64,000 nucleotides of DNA from Macrostomum lignano (Eukaryota), in contig NIVC01002633.1 in NCBI GenBank assembly GCA_002269645.1, positions 1-64,000 on the forward strand. Reading direction: 5' to 3'. The notes below the pieces were generated by a model, which was not told where the DNA came from, did not search any database, and saw only the letters and a list, made by a program, of their open reading frames with translations. This document shows positions 34,697 to 61,315 of this stretch, piece by piece. Position numbers and translations under genes: made by a program. Positions within the stretch are counted from its first letter, which is position 1. Every line of letters starts with the position of its first letter.

Positions 34697-37600
34697 ATGC
34701 TAGGCGACCACCTGCTGCTTCCAGCGCAGGCATTCGCCGACTGGGGCCTCCGCATCATGCAGCCCGTGCTGCTGCAGTCCCAGCACTGCTGCTCCGTGTT
34801 ACCCTGCCCTGGCGGTGCTCAGCCAAAGCCGCTTGGCGGAAATCGCGTCTTCCCCGGCCACCTGCCACTGACCACCTGCCAGCGGTTCTGCCTGGATGCC
34901 GACTCTGCCGCCTCTGCAGCTGAACAGGAGCTGCAGCTCTCTCCGATCTCATCGACCCCCATTGCTGCCGAGTCTGCAGCTGTGGCCATCGAGTGCGAGA
35001 CCATGCCAGCCAACAGGGATCTGCTTCTCAGGATTCTGAAATACAGGCTGCGTGAGTGATGCAGAGGGAGCCGATTGCAAAGCAATATGACTGTTCTGTG
35101 AGCTTCATAAGGCCCGACCTTTGAGCTCTCCTCTCCTTGCTCATTGCTCATTCTAGTCTGCCCCTGTATTAAGCCGCCTTTCTTGTTTTCATTTTTAGTT
35201 GTCTCGTAGTTTCTATTTTCATTGGCCGGTCCCTTTTCGTTTCTCTCTCGTTTGGGCCAGTCCAATCATGTCTCTCGCCGCGGAGGCCCCTGATTGGCTA
35301 GCCTTACCCTCTTCTTTCTCACTCGCCCTTCAACTCTGTAAGTTTGCCCCCACCCCAGTCCTGTGTGGCTTAGCCCCACCCAACCTCCCCCTGCTCACGC
35401 CACCGTGTGCTGCAGTATTTGTGTGCGCACCCTGCTCTCGCGCTCCCTGGTCTCTCCCTCTAGTCCTTGCGTACTTAAGTTGTTAAAGTAAAGTGAAGAT
35501 TGGTGACAGCAAATTGAAACATATCGTGAACTGAAATATTGTAGCAAGGCGAAGTCAGCCGGTCATGAGCGCATGGTCTGAAAGATAAAATATTTGCTCG
35601 GTATTTACTTTTTCTGACTGACTTCTTTGAAATCCGTTTCTCACGTCGAAGTCTTCACTCATGTCTGCGAAGAGTGTCAGTACGCTCTCAGCCCATCCAC
35701 TCATGTCTGCGAAGAGTGTCAGTACGCTCTCAGCCCATCCACTCATGTCTGCGAAGAGTGTCAGTACGCTCTCAGCCCATCCACTCATGTCTGCGAAGAG
35801 TGTCAGTACGCTCTCAGCCCATCCACTCATGTCTGCGAAGAGTGTCAGTACGCTCTCAGCCCATCCACTCATGTCTGCGAAGAGTGTCAGTACGCTCTCA
35901 GCCCATCCACTCATGTCTGCGAAGAGTGTCAGTACGCTCTCAGCCCATCCACTCATGTCTGCGAAGAGTGTCAGTACGCTCTCAGCCCATCCACTCATGT
36001 CTGCGAAGAGTGTCAGTACGCTCTCAGCCCATCCACTTCCGCCCAGTGTTCTGTACGCCTCGGTGCCGCCGCTCTCCTCCCTATCAAACTCGGCAAGCTC
36101 TCAGCAGTCCAGTGCCCAAACTTCTACCACCCCGTCTGCGGTCCGCTCGAACGGTAGCTGTAAATACAACCATTGCAGAGTAGAGTTGATTCCAGAGGGA
36201 GGGAGTTGATACAGACTGATGTAGATTGAGAGCTGATTGCGGCAGGCTGATGCAGCTCAACAAGTGCACCCAATCCTTCTTGGTCTAAACAAGGCAACTG
36301 CTACGTGTCGGATGGGACCGTGAACAGCTTCAACATTCTCGGGGCCGAGGTGGCCCTGCGGTTCTGCCGCATCTCCCCGTCACCGCCGCCCGCGCCTCCG
36401 TCAGTGGCGGCCGCTGAAGGCTCTGAGCTCTCCCTGTCGAACTCGCTGGCCGCTCAGTGCTCCATCAGCAGCGAGACGGCCTCCCCACGGGCGCCACCCC
36501 AAAGCCCGGACACGCCATCAGAGACACCCAAGCGAGGTCGGCGGACCCCTCGAACAGGTGGGGCGGTCGCAGCGGATGCTGCTGCCAGCAGCGGAGGCGG
36601 CACCGGCGGTCTGGACCTGTCCGACTATCGCCAGCTCGCCGTGTCGCTTCGACCCGCCTCTGATTTCCGACAGCCGTATCGCATAGTGGACGCAACCAGG
36701 CTCTATTTCGAGCCTCTGGATGCTGACCCAACCGCACCGGTGCCAGCGGGCAGCGATGACCTGCCGGAGCTGTTCGGCCTGGAGCGCCAAGAGGAGCAGC
36801 TCAGCGCCGCGGTGGCGCAGTTCGTGTCCGAGCTGTGCAGCCCGACCGGCTTTGCTTTCACCGGAGTTTTCCTGTGCGGGCCCCGCGGCTGCGGCAAGGC
36901 CAGTCTGGCTGCCAGTGTCTGCCGGCGTCTCCGCTGCCCGCTGGTGCGCCTGGACCGCAACTGCCTGCTCGGCCGCTACCTGGGCCAGGCTGAGGCCAAT
37001 CTGAGCTCTACTCTGAAACAAGCCGCTGCCAGGTACGTGCACCTGCTCTGCGCTGTGATGGAAAGTGGCTGCGGGCACCCTAAATACATTATGTTTGAAA
37101 TCTGGCCCTCAAATGAATTTCAATAGTTGGGGAGTTTTACAGAAAACTTTTCAGAGGCCCATGTGATAAGAGATTGCCAATTTAGTGCTAAAACACTAAG
37201 CGATTTCTATCCTCTCAGTTTCAGTAAAATTAGTCTTGTAATGAATTTGAAATGTGTCGTTTTACTAGTGGTCCTTGGCTGCACATGAACTCACATAAGG
37301 CGTGCAGCCGCTCCCATCTTGTAAGATATGCACTTGAACTGCGCCTCGGCGTTTGGCCTGCACACAGGAGCCTAGGTCCACTGCACACAGGAGCCTAGGT
37401 CCACTGCACACAGGAGCCTAGGTCCACTGCACACAGGAGCCTAGGTCCACTGCACACAGGAGCCTAGGTCCACTGCACACAGGAGCCTAGGTCCACTGCA
37501 CACAGGAGCCTAGGTCCACTGCACACAGGAGCCTAGGTCCACTGCACACAGGAGCCTAGGTTCACTGCACACAGGAGCCTAGGTCCACTGCACACAGGAG

Positions 37601-40600
37601 CCTAGGTCCACTGCACACAGAAGCCTAGGTCCACTGCACACAGGAGCCTAGGTCCACTGCACACAGGAGCCTAGGTCCACTGCACACAGGAGCCTAGGTC
37701 CACTGCACACAGGAGCCTAGGTCCACTGCACACAGGAGCCTAGGTCCACTGCACACAGGAGCCTAGGTTCACTGCACACAGGAGCCTAGGTCCACTGCAC
37801 ACAGGAGCCTAGGTCCACTGCACACAGGAGCCTAGGTCCACTGCACACAGAAGCCTAGGTCCACTGCACACAGGAGCCTAGGTCCACTGCACACAGGAGC
37901 CTAGGTTCACTGCACACAGGAGCCTAGGTTCACTGCACACAGGAGCCTAGGTCCACTGCACACAGGAGCCTAGGTCCACTGCACACAGGAGCCTAGGTCC
38001 ACTGCACACAGGAGCCTAGGTCCACTGCACACAGGAGCCTAGGTCCACTGCACACAGGAGCCTAGGTCCACTGCACACAGGAGCCTAGGTCCACTGCACA
38101 CAGGAGCCTAGGTCCACTGCACACAGGAGCCTAGGTCCACTGCACACAGGAGCCTAGGTCCACTGCACACAGGAGCCTAGGTCCACTGCACACAGGAGCC
38201 TAGGTCCACTGCACACAGGAGCCTAGGTCCACTGCACACAGGAGCCTAGGTCCACTGCACACAGGAGCCTAGGTCCACTGCACACAGGAGCCTAGGTCCA
38301 CTGCACACAGGAGCCTAGGTCCACTGCACACAGGAGCCTAGGTCCACTGCACACAGGAGCCTAGGTCCACTGCACACAGGAGCCTAGGTCCACTGGCACA
38401 AGAGACTGTGGTCTGTGGAGCCGCTCTGTCAAGGCCTCAAGTTCTCAGATGCTTCTATTAAAGATACTTTTAAACCTTTCCCGTTAACCAACTGCCTTCA
38501 GCGGCAGCACCTGCCTGCTTATTGAGGACATTGACGAGCAGTTCGGCGAGGCCAGGGCCGGCAGCACCGGCGTTGACAACCGCCTGAGGCAGGTGCTGGC
38601 GTCAGAGCTGGAGCAGCTGAACTCCAGCGGCCGCCTTCTGCTGCTTGCCACCGGCAGCGATCTGAAGAGTCTGAATGAGAGGCTGCGCAGCCTCTTCCAG
38701 CTGCGCATCCTTGTGCCGCTGCCCACAGGCGAGGCCAAGGCCAGGGTGAGTCGCTGACGCCCTGCTCTGCCTACTGGCAGTAGTGTGACACGAGACCTGA
38801 GTGTTGAACTGGTTAAACCCACACCTTTATAAACGAGCTGATATCGCCACACCTACTGTACGAGGGGCTCGTATAGGTGAGCTGATCTCGCCACACCTAC
38901 TGTATAGGTGAGCTGATCTCGCCACACCTACTGTATAGGTGAGCTGATCTCGCCACACCTACTGTATATGTGAGCTGATCTCGCCACACCTACTGTATAG
39001 GTGAGCTGATCTCGCCACACCTACTGTATAGGTGAGCTGATCTCGCCACACCTACTGTATAGGTGAGCTGATCTCGCCACACCTACTGTATAGGTGAGCT
39101 GATCTCGCCACACCTACTGTATAGGTGAGCTGATCTCGCCACACCTACTGTATAGGTGAGCTGATCTCGCCATACCTACTGTATAGGTGAGCTGATCTCG
39201 CCACACCTACTGTATAGGTGAGCTGATCTCGCCACACCTACTGCATAGGTGAGCTGATCTCGCCACACCTACTGTATAGGTGAGCTGATCTCGCCACACC
39301 TACTGTATAGGTGAGCTGATCTCGCCACACCTACTGTATAGGTGAGCTGATCTCGCCACACCTACTGTATAGGTGAGCTGATCTCGCCACACCTACTGCA
39401 TAGGTGAGCTGATCTCGCCACACCTACTGTATAGGTGAGCTGATCTCGCCACACCTACTGTATAGGTGAGCTGATCTCGCCACACCTACTGTATAGGTGA
39501 GCTGATCTCGCCACACCTACTGTATAGGTGAGCTGATCTCGCCTCCCTGCTTTTGCAGCTGATGGAGCGGCAGCTCAACCGGCTGCCGGAGCCGATGCGG
39601 CCATCTGACTCGGGCCTGGTGCGCCAGTTTGCTGCCCGTGTGCACGGCTACTCGGCATCTGAGCTGATCAGCTTGTGCAAGCTGGGTGAGTTCTGCAAGT
39701 TCCCTAGTGTCTCCTCGCTGATGGCAAGCGGTTGAATGAAGCATTTCATTGACAGCAACAGAAAGGATCATTTCGTTATGCCTCTAAGAGCATAAATACG
39801 TAATTAAATGCTTAAAGTAGGAAATTTGCCTTGAATTATTTTCCATTGGCATGTGGTTTTCCTCATTTGTCTCCTTTTTGGCAAAAGGCCAATATTTGCA
39901 TCTTCTCAGAGCACAGAGCATCTCTCTTGACTCTTGACGCACTGTTTGACGACCTGATTGGCTAATACGGCCCAGCCCCCGCCTATCCCTCAGCCGTGAT
40001 TGGCTAATACGGCCCAGCCCCCGCCAATCCCTCAGCCGTGATTGGCTAATACGGCCCAGCCCCGCCAATCCCTCAGCCGTGATTGGCTAATACGGCCCAG
40101 CCCCCGTCAATCCCTCAGCCGTGACTGGCTAATACGGCCCAGCCCTCGCCAATCCCTCAGCCGTGATTGGCTAATACGGCCCAGCCCCCGCCAATCCCTC
40201 AGCCGTGATTGGCTAATACGGCCCAGCCCCCGTCAATCCCTCAGCCGTGACTGGCTAATACGGCCCAGCCCCCGCCAATCCCTCAGCCGTGATTGGCTAA
40301 TACGGCCCAGCCCCCGCCAATCCCTCAGCCGTGATTGGCTAATACGGCCCAGCCCCGCCAATCCCTCAGCCGTGCACGTCAGCCGCACAGCCGGCCGCCA
40401 GCGCTTGGAGCGTCGCGACTTCGATGAGGCTCTGCGCAGCTTCCGTCCCTCGGGAGTCCAGGCACTGCTCACCAGCGCCGATCGCGTCTCCTGGGACGAC
40501 ATCGGCGGGCTGGACAAGCTGAAGCAGCTGCTGCGGGACCGCGTGCTGGCGCCGCTGCTGGAGCCAGACCGGTTCGCCAAGTTCGGCGTGCGGCCCCCTG

Positions 40601-41624
40601 CTGGGATGCTGCTGTACGGGCCGCCCGGCTGCTGCAAGACCATGATGGCCAAGGCTGTGGCCACCGAGTGCGGCCTGCCCTTTATTGCCGTGCAGTGCGC
40701 TGATGTCTACTCGAGGTGAGTTCCAATCCTATGCTGTTTTAAATTGTCAACATGCGACAGATGCGGAATTGCTACTGATAAGCTGCAAATTAGAAACTTT
40801 TTATCGCATTTCTTCTGACTTCCTAATTCTTCAAGTAAACCATTGGCTCGAGCCATATTGAATGCGGTGGTTTATGTGTCTTCTTAATTTAGTGGTTAGG
40901 TAGCGGTAGACTGACGGAATCTGATCCCAAGCATCTCATTGAAGCTGCAATATTCAGAAATATTTTTGCCGGTTCAACTTCCCTCACTAGCTTGATCCCC
41001 TCATCCCACGCAATCCCCAGATACGTGGGCGATTCTGAGCGGTCCATCCGGGAGCTGCTGACCCGGGCGCAGGCTGCGGCTCCTGCCGTACTGTTCCTTG
41101 ACGAAGTCGACGCCCTTCTGCCGACCCGCGGCGGCGGCGGGCCGGACGCCGGCGGCGACAGCGTGGGCAACCGCGTGCTGTCGGAGGTGCTGACGCTGCT
41201 GGACGGCGTGGCCGGACGGTCGCGGCTGTTCGTACTGGCAGCCACAAACCGGCCGGAGTGCGTGGACCCCGCGCTGCTGCGCCCCGGCCGCCTGGACCGC
41301 CTCATCTTCGTGCCGCTGCCCGACGAAGCCTCCCGACAGCGGATTCTCGCCGTGGCATCCGCGCGACTGCCTCAGTGCTGCGAGGAAGACGCCGCGGCGG
41401 CCATGTCGGAGGTGGCCGCCCGCACTGAAGGCCTCAGCGGTGCCGAGCTCACGGCGCTGGTCTCGGAGACCGCAGCTGAGTCCGTCCAGAACGGTCTGAC
41501 TGGCCTGAGCTGGAAGCTGGCGCTGCAGCTGCTGGAGGCTGGCCGGGTCCGGCCGCGGACCTCCGCCGCAGCCATGGCCAGCTACGCCAGATTCGCAGAT
41601 TCTCACGGCTGCGGAGGCTTTTGA
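34697..41624 (+). CDS. AFG2/SPATA5-like double AAA+ ATPase; start codon uncertain
   Basis: Exons 34697?-35051, 36294-37032, 38502-38745, 39559-39685, 40370-40715, 41021-41624, phase-consistent. D2: GMLLYGPPGCCKTMMAKAVATE, YVGDSER, LFLDEVDAL, ATNRPECVDPALLRPGRLD. D1 degenerate (GPRGCGKAS, LLIEDID). Confidence 0.85.
35657..36036 (+). repeat. 42-bp minisatellite, about 9 copies, AAA intron 1
   Basis: actcatgtctgcgaagagtgtcagtacgctctcagcccatcc. Confidence 0.95.
37358..38395 (+). repeat. 23-bp minisatellite, about 45 copies, AAA intron 2
   Basis: ctgcacacaggagcctaggtcca with rare t/a variants. Confidence 0.97.
38871..39543 (+). repeat. 31-bp minisatellite, about 22 copies, AAA intron 3
   Basis: gtataggtgagctgatctcgccacacctact; contains TAG|GTGAGC and CTGAT. 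Confidence 0.97.
39953..40374 (+). repeat. 42-bp minisatellite, about 10 copies, containing the acceptor of AAA intron 4
   Basis: ccgtgattggctaatacggcccagcccccgccaatccctcag; the last ccctcag|ccgtg is the junction at 40369/40370. Confidence 0.95.
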
Positions 41625-42001
41625 TTTAAATGAGGGGCTGACATCTTGCTGGGCTGAGCAGCTGGATTTGCGCTTTTTTATTTTCTAAAATAGAAACTGT
41701 CGGAACTCTTTGTTGCTGCATTTCGCACTGCTGCGCATTTTGAAACTCAGATTTGACTACCGCCTCTGTTACTTTGTCATTCACCTGCCGTTGCGCCAAT
41801 ATAGCGTTATAGCCATGCGAAAATTGACAAGATTTAATTAATGTCAAGCCAGTCGCCGAATACATTTTATTGAGTAAATTGCCCTTGGTTACCAGTGTCA
41901 CAAAGCAAAAGTGAGGAGAACAACCAGATTCAGTGGACTCAGACGCTTGCACTCTAAAGACGCTCATACCATGCAGTTAGTTTGCGAGTCCTGGCATGTC
42001 A

Positions 42002-45000
42002 TCACTGTGAACTCCTCCCCTTGCTGGCAGTTGCCGCTGCCTCATCCGCAGCTTCAACCGCCCGCCGGCCGAGCTTGGCAGACAATGCGGATTTTGCCTT
42101 CGCCTCTGCGTCCTCGAGGCTCTGCGCCATTTCACCGCGCACCTGGTCTGCGCGCCGGTCCAGCCGCATAGCGATGGAGGCCAGGTTGCCCATGCTCGAG
42201 AACTCATCGCTGGCATTGGCTGCGGCCATATCCGGTATTACCTGATCTAGCAGGTGGCTGTTCTCGTAGCACAGTTGGGAGATATAGTACCTGCGGTGCA
42301 AAGACTGTTTATACATTATCGAATCAAGCTTAGGACCGCTGTACGAGTATCATATCATGATGTAGAACTCCAAGATCGAGTAATTTTTTGCTCAATTTCC
42401 TAAAAAGTACACTGCGGAGTCTGGAGATCGCAAAAACCTTTTTCATTAAAAAACATCAATGATTCAAGAAGGTACAAAACTAAAATTTTACTTGCGTTTT
42501 TACAGCTTTGGCTTGGGCTTATGAAATAAAAAGAAACAGTGTGAGAATAAAACTTTCACTGCACAGTAACATGTACGTGCGTGTTAAATTAAAGGAATGG
42601 TACTCTTCACTGCCCCAGATCAAATGCAATCATTGATTTTGTGATGGAAAATGATTTCCTATCTCCGCAGTGTATTTTTTTCCAGGAATTGACCTAAGAC
42701 TTTCATGATCTTCACGTCCTGTTATGCTACAGTGATGCAGAAAACCAAAAACCTATTTGCTTGAAGTTTGAAACTTGGCATCGTCAACCATGTACATGTC
42801 TTTATAGTCAAACAATAACAAAATGCTTCGGTTTAGAGCTTGTAATCCCCCGCCTAGTGCTCTCATCGCGCTTTTTGCACCCGGCCTCCTTCGCTTAGGG
42901 GGGGGGGGTAACACTGCGCGTGGGAAATACGGAGTCGAATGGCCGTAGCATTGATTAAAGCTTTTCTCGAACTGTGTTGCGTTCTCTCCCTCCCGCATTG
43001 GGCACCAACGATCCTTTTCGACGATGTGAAGTTTCGAGATGGGGAAGAAGCTAAATGCATGCTTCGATGGTATTTGATAATGCAAAATTTTGGTCCCATG
43101 AACGCGAGTGCTGGGTGCAAAAAATTATTTGCGATGCCAGGAATGCCGTCGCTGATGCATGCGCTCGTACATGTGCATGCAGTAGCAATTAAAACTCGCT
43201 AAAGAGCTTCAGCCACTGTGAGCCCGGTCGATATGTATAAATCACAATGGACTGAAGTCTACCGGTAAAATGCGGTCCGCCAGCTCACCTGTCGGCAAGT
43301 CGGTTCGAGAAATAGTCAGTGCAGCCATCCTCAATCTCAGCGTAGCCGCTACCACCGCCTCCGCGGCCGAGCAACGGAAAACCTTCATCAGCGACACTTC
43401 GCTTGGGCTGAACGACCAGGCCCAGGATGCGCTGGAAGTAGTGCGAGCGACACTCTTTGCCGCAGGAGCTGAGGCAGCGCTTCGTGCGGCACTGGCGACA
43501 CCGGCAGCCGAGCACGAAGGGGAAAAAGTAAAACAGCTGCCTGGCCGTGGCCAGCAAGCAGAAGGCCAGCAGAGACATGTTGGTGGACCAGCCGACCTCG
43601 TATATGCTGGCCTGCAGCAGCACGCAGTTAAAACGGCGATGGCCGGAGGTCCCGCGCGAGTCCGGCAGGTAGCAGACAAAGCGATAGCGAACGTCCTCGT
43701 GACGGAAGCCCGGGAAGAAGGCGTAGAAAGCCATCCAGCCTGCGATGACGGCCGCTCGGGCCAGCTGGAAAGCACAGTACCGGCCCGTGTGCTTCGACTT
43801 GCAGTACCAGCGCCGTAGTCGCTGCTTCAGCGTCGCGTCCGTCAGCAGGTCGGCCTTCGATGGTCTTCCTTGCTGCATCCGCCGGTGTCGGCAGGTCTCC
43901 TCCGAATTGCAGCCATCACCGCCGCCACCGCTGCCTTCCGCATCATCGGCCAGCAGCTTCTTGGAAAGCTCGACCACAAACTGAATGTTTTGGCGCAGAC
44001 ATTCTCCTGCAGTCTGGCTCCAGACGTAGTAGGGCAGGTAGACTGTCCCTGCCTGGGTTTACAGACGGTTTGGTTGGGTTTCATGGATTTGTTGCCAGAT
44101 TCGGGTTCTCGACTTAAAGAACGCGCAAAGTCGGGCTGTTATCAGAGGAGATAAGGAGAAGCTCAACATTTTTTACACTTACTGACGTCTCAAATTTGGT
44201 AATTTTAACGACTCTTTACCTGAATAATAAACACAATGGGCAGGTAGAACTGCAGCAAGTAGTGCCTCAGAACTCCATCGAAGCTGGCCGGTATTGTGCC
44301 ATCGGGCAGGCCGGTCTGGTCCACGCCGCGACTGTAGCAGTAGGACTCGGCGTACACCTTGTCCGCCACGGAGGCCGTCGCTGCGGTCGCCGCACTCCCG
44401 TTCTCTTTGCTTCCGTCTGCCTCCGTGGCGCACGTAACCTTGGCTTCTGGAGGAATGGGGACAGGTGACCTGACATGATATGGATCCGAACGAGACTACA
44501 TATTTTCATAGCTGAAGCTGGGTTTGGTTTTAATATGCAGTGTAGGAGATCGATAGAAAACTCATGAACCGCTTGAGGGTTGTCTGGTTATTTTCTATGA
44601 AATATACAGTGTATTTGAACACGTGTGCGAGTGTACGCATAGAAAAATCCACAACATTTTATCTTGAAAACCCGCTAAAAATTTAAGATCGTAAATTTAG
44701 TGTGATACGACGTACGTTATGCGAGCACATGATTAATGATAGATAAGTGAGACAATTTTTCTAAATATGCACTATAGATGAATTCCAGCTTCTTTTGGTT
44801 TTGTTGCATCTGCTTTATTTAATTTGAGCAACTTTGACTGGCGGTAATGCGGACGGGCCTAATCTTAACCCTAACCCCAACCTTAACTCGCTGCTTTGCT
44901 TGGCAGTGCTGACAGCAACTGCGCTGGCCCAGGTCCCATAGTGACAACTATCGAAAAGCATAGGATTTATGAGCATAGATTATCAGCACGTCAAAGCTCT

Positions 45001-45229
45001 GTTCCTTTGGCAATAATTCAGAATTCTCAGACATGGATTCATCCACACTCCGAAGACAGCAGCTCTCACGGGCAGCGAAGTTTGCAGCCAGAATGGCGAC
45101 TGCCTGCACGATGACCGTCATGAAGGCCAGCCGGTTGATCAGCCGGTCAATGGGGAAGCTCGCCTTCACCGAGTGCGGCCTCACGAACTGCTCCAGCGAA
45201 GACTGCAGCGAGTTTGCCAAGTTGGACAT
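42002..45229 (-). CDS. Pannexin/innexin-superfamily 4-TM channel, about 479 aa, 4 exons
   Basis: Exons 45229-45070, 44446-44220, 44052-43289, 42290-42002, phase-consistent. SFPIDRLINRL-TM1, KVTC...VYAESYCY (EL1 Cys pair), TM2 then YLPYYVW..QNIQFVVE, TM3, EL2 FVC...FNCVL, TM4. Confidence 0.75.
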
Positions 45230-46240
45230 TGCGATTTGAAAATCGCTATCGCGATTCGAAATTGCTCTGTCAGATTTGATCCCTACAAGTCTGGACTGTC
45301 AGACAGGGCGGCTGCTTTAACCAAAGCAGAAACAGGCACCGTAGCAGTGGGGTGACAGGGCGCTCTAATCCGGGCAACAGATGCGCCACGGTGGCTCTCG
45401 GTGCAGAAAAAGTGGACGCAGAGTCCGTCACCAAAGGATTTCGCTAAGCTGATTACTTTGTATTAATAAATCTGCCAGCAAATTCATTGAGCTGCCTATC
45501 ATGTGCGGATTTCTTCCACAGAAAGTCTGCAGAGCATTTCGTCAGACATGCACTGTACAGGTCAGAAAACTGTACGACTGATCGAACCTTTCCCAGGTCG
45601 TCTAACAATCAAACTGGAAAGGGAGGGAAATATCCACAAAAAAGTTTTTGTTGCTTTACCCGACTTGAACTTCCCATGCACGCAAAACCAAGGTTGCTGG
45701 CTGCGTCTTTGGTTGAATTTTCGCACATTGCAAAGGAAGCAGATGGTTTGGCTCGGGCACTGAAGCTGTGCAACATCGAGATCTCTAATGAACAGTATCA
45801 CTTTCCGATGAAAACGTGAGCATGCATAGCTCAAAGTGTCAGGTGATGACACCGCAGATCCTCAGGAAATTACCTCGAGTTATCTGGGACTCTGCGGGTC
45901 GCCGAGAATTCGAAGCTGCCCAGTGCGTGGCTCATTAGAGACGCTCTGGCTTTCAGACTGGGGAAATGAAATCCAGCTCAGCTGCCCGACCCTAAGCGGC
46001 TTTTGGAGCGCAGCAAATTATAGGGAAATTATTTTATTTGAAGCACGGAATTCTCCGAAACTGCAGCTTCAATTAAGGCGGAGGCGGCAATTCTGCAATG
46101 CTCGCTTTTGCAGATCTAATGACGGATTTGGGCTGCAGGACTCACCAGCTCGCGATTGGCCCAGCAGTGCTGCATCTGCGGTATAAAAATAGCCAGCTGT
46201 GCTCTACTGGAAACTGCGTTCAAACCCTCCCCGACTACCC

Positions 46241-60323
<14,083 letters not shown>

Positions 60324-61042
60324 GAGGACAGCGCGGCTTTCTTTGAACTCTGACAAAACGAGAATCAGCAGATGGTTTTTAATTAAGGGTGACGAATTGA
60401 AGAGACTCTTGAAGAAGAAGTGGTGTGTAGGAGCGGCAGACACAGGAGTTCAATATTACTAATTAATTATACTGTAAAAGTTCAACGAGAAAGCGGAAAA
60501 CTCTGTGCTAGGGCTGGCCGGGCTGGAATTGCAGTGAGAACCACATGAATCATCTTGAGTCACAGAGCAACTAACGACTATTTGCGCTCAGGGGTAACCC
60601 TGTAAGCAATTTTAACTGACCAATTCGTGAAAGCGCCATGCAAGAACTCACCATTGAAGCACCCCAGCAATTTTACACAGCACAAAAACTTTAGAATGGA
60701 AGTCAGCTTTGTTTCTGCAGTCCACAGTGCATTGCCGGACTGAATTAAAAGCAATCAAGCTGATTTCTTACGAGTTTATTTGTTCACTGGAGTACAATAC
60801 AATTTCGAATGCAGTGCAGGAAGGGATGATATAGATACATTTAAGTTCACCTTAGCGACTTAAGGTTTGCACGGCCATCTTTGGTCTCCCGAATCGCTAC
60901 TCAAGACATGGGTCTCAATGCACTAATTGCCTGTCGCTGCAGGGTGAAGCACAGCAATGACATCTGCAATTAATCTTAAGTAGTGCATGTACTGGTAAAA
61001 TTGTGTGGCAGAATGCATGCAATATGCGATGAGCATTTCTGC

Positions 61043-61315
61043 TCAGCACTTGCAGCAACAGCAGCAGCAGTTTTTGAAACATTTGGGTTTGCCGCAGAGG
61101 CAGCAAAAGCAGAGCAGGAGCAGCAGCGTTGCCGCTATGGCAGCGGCCACCAGCAGAATGTAGGCCAGCGGCTTCCAGCTGTAGCTGCAGGTGGCGTGTC
61201 CGGACAGCAGGCCCAGGTCCCTGTCGCACTCCGTCCGAATCAGCGGGCTGTCATCAGCTGCCGGCCAAGCAGCCGCGGCAGCAGCCAGCAGCAGAAGATG
61301 CAGCAAATTTGGCAT
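61043..61315 (-). CDS. 90-aa single-pass membrane protein with signal peptide and Cys-rich tail
   Basis: ATG start; MPNLLHLLLLAAAAAAW signal; short ectodomain with a C..C pair; TM LAYILLVAAAIAATLLLLLCF; tail CCLCGKPKCFKNCCCCCCKC. No homology recognised. Confidence 0.6.
   Translation of the reverse strand: MPNLLHLLLLAAAAAAWPAADDSPLIRTECDRDLGLLSGHATCSYSWKPLAYILLVAAAIAATLLLLLCFCCLCGKPKCFKNCCCCCCKC

Noticed and set aside
36047-36160. Possible extra AAA exon after the 42-bp array (cccag|tgttctg…acg|gtagct)
   Set aside because: Entry and exit phases do not fit; direct splicing 35051 to 36294 gives a sensible N-domain. At most a poison exon.
42650-42690. Short similarity to the Helitron unit (cctatctc.gcagtgtatttt..tccag)
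   Set aside because: About 30 bp only, and I could not extend it on either side.
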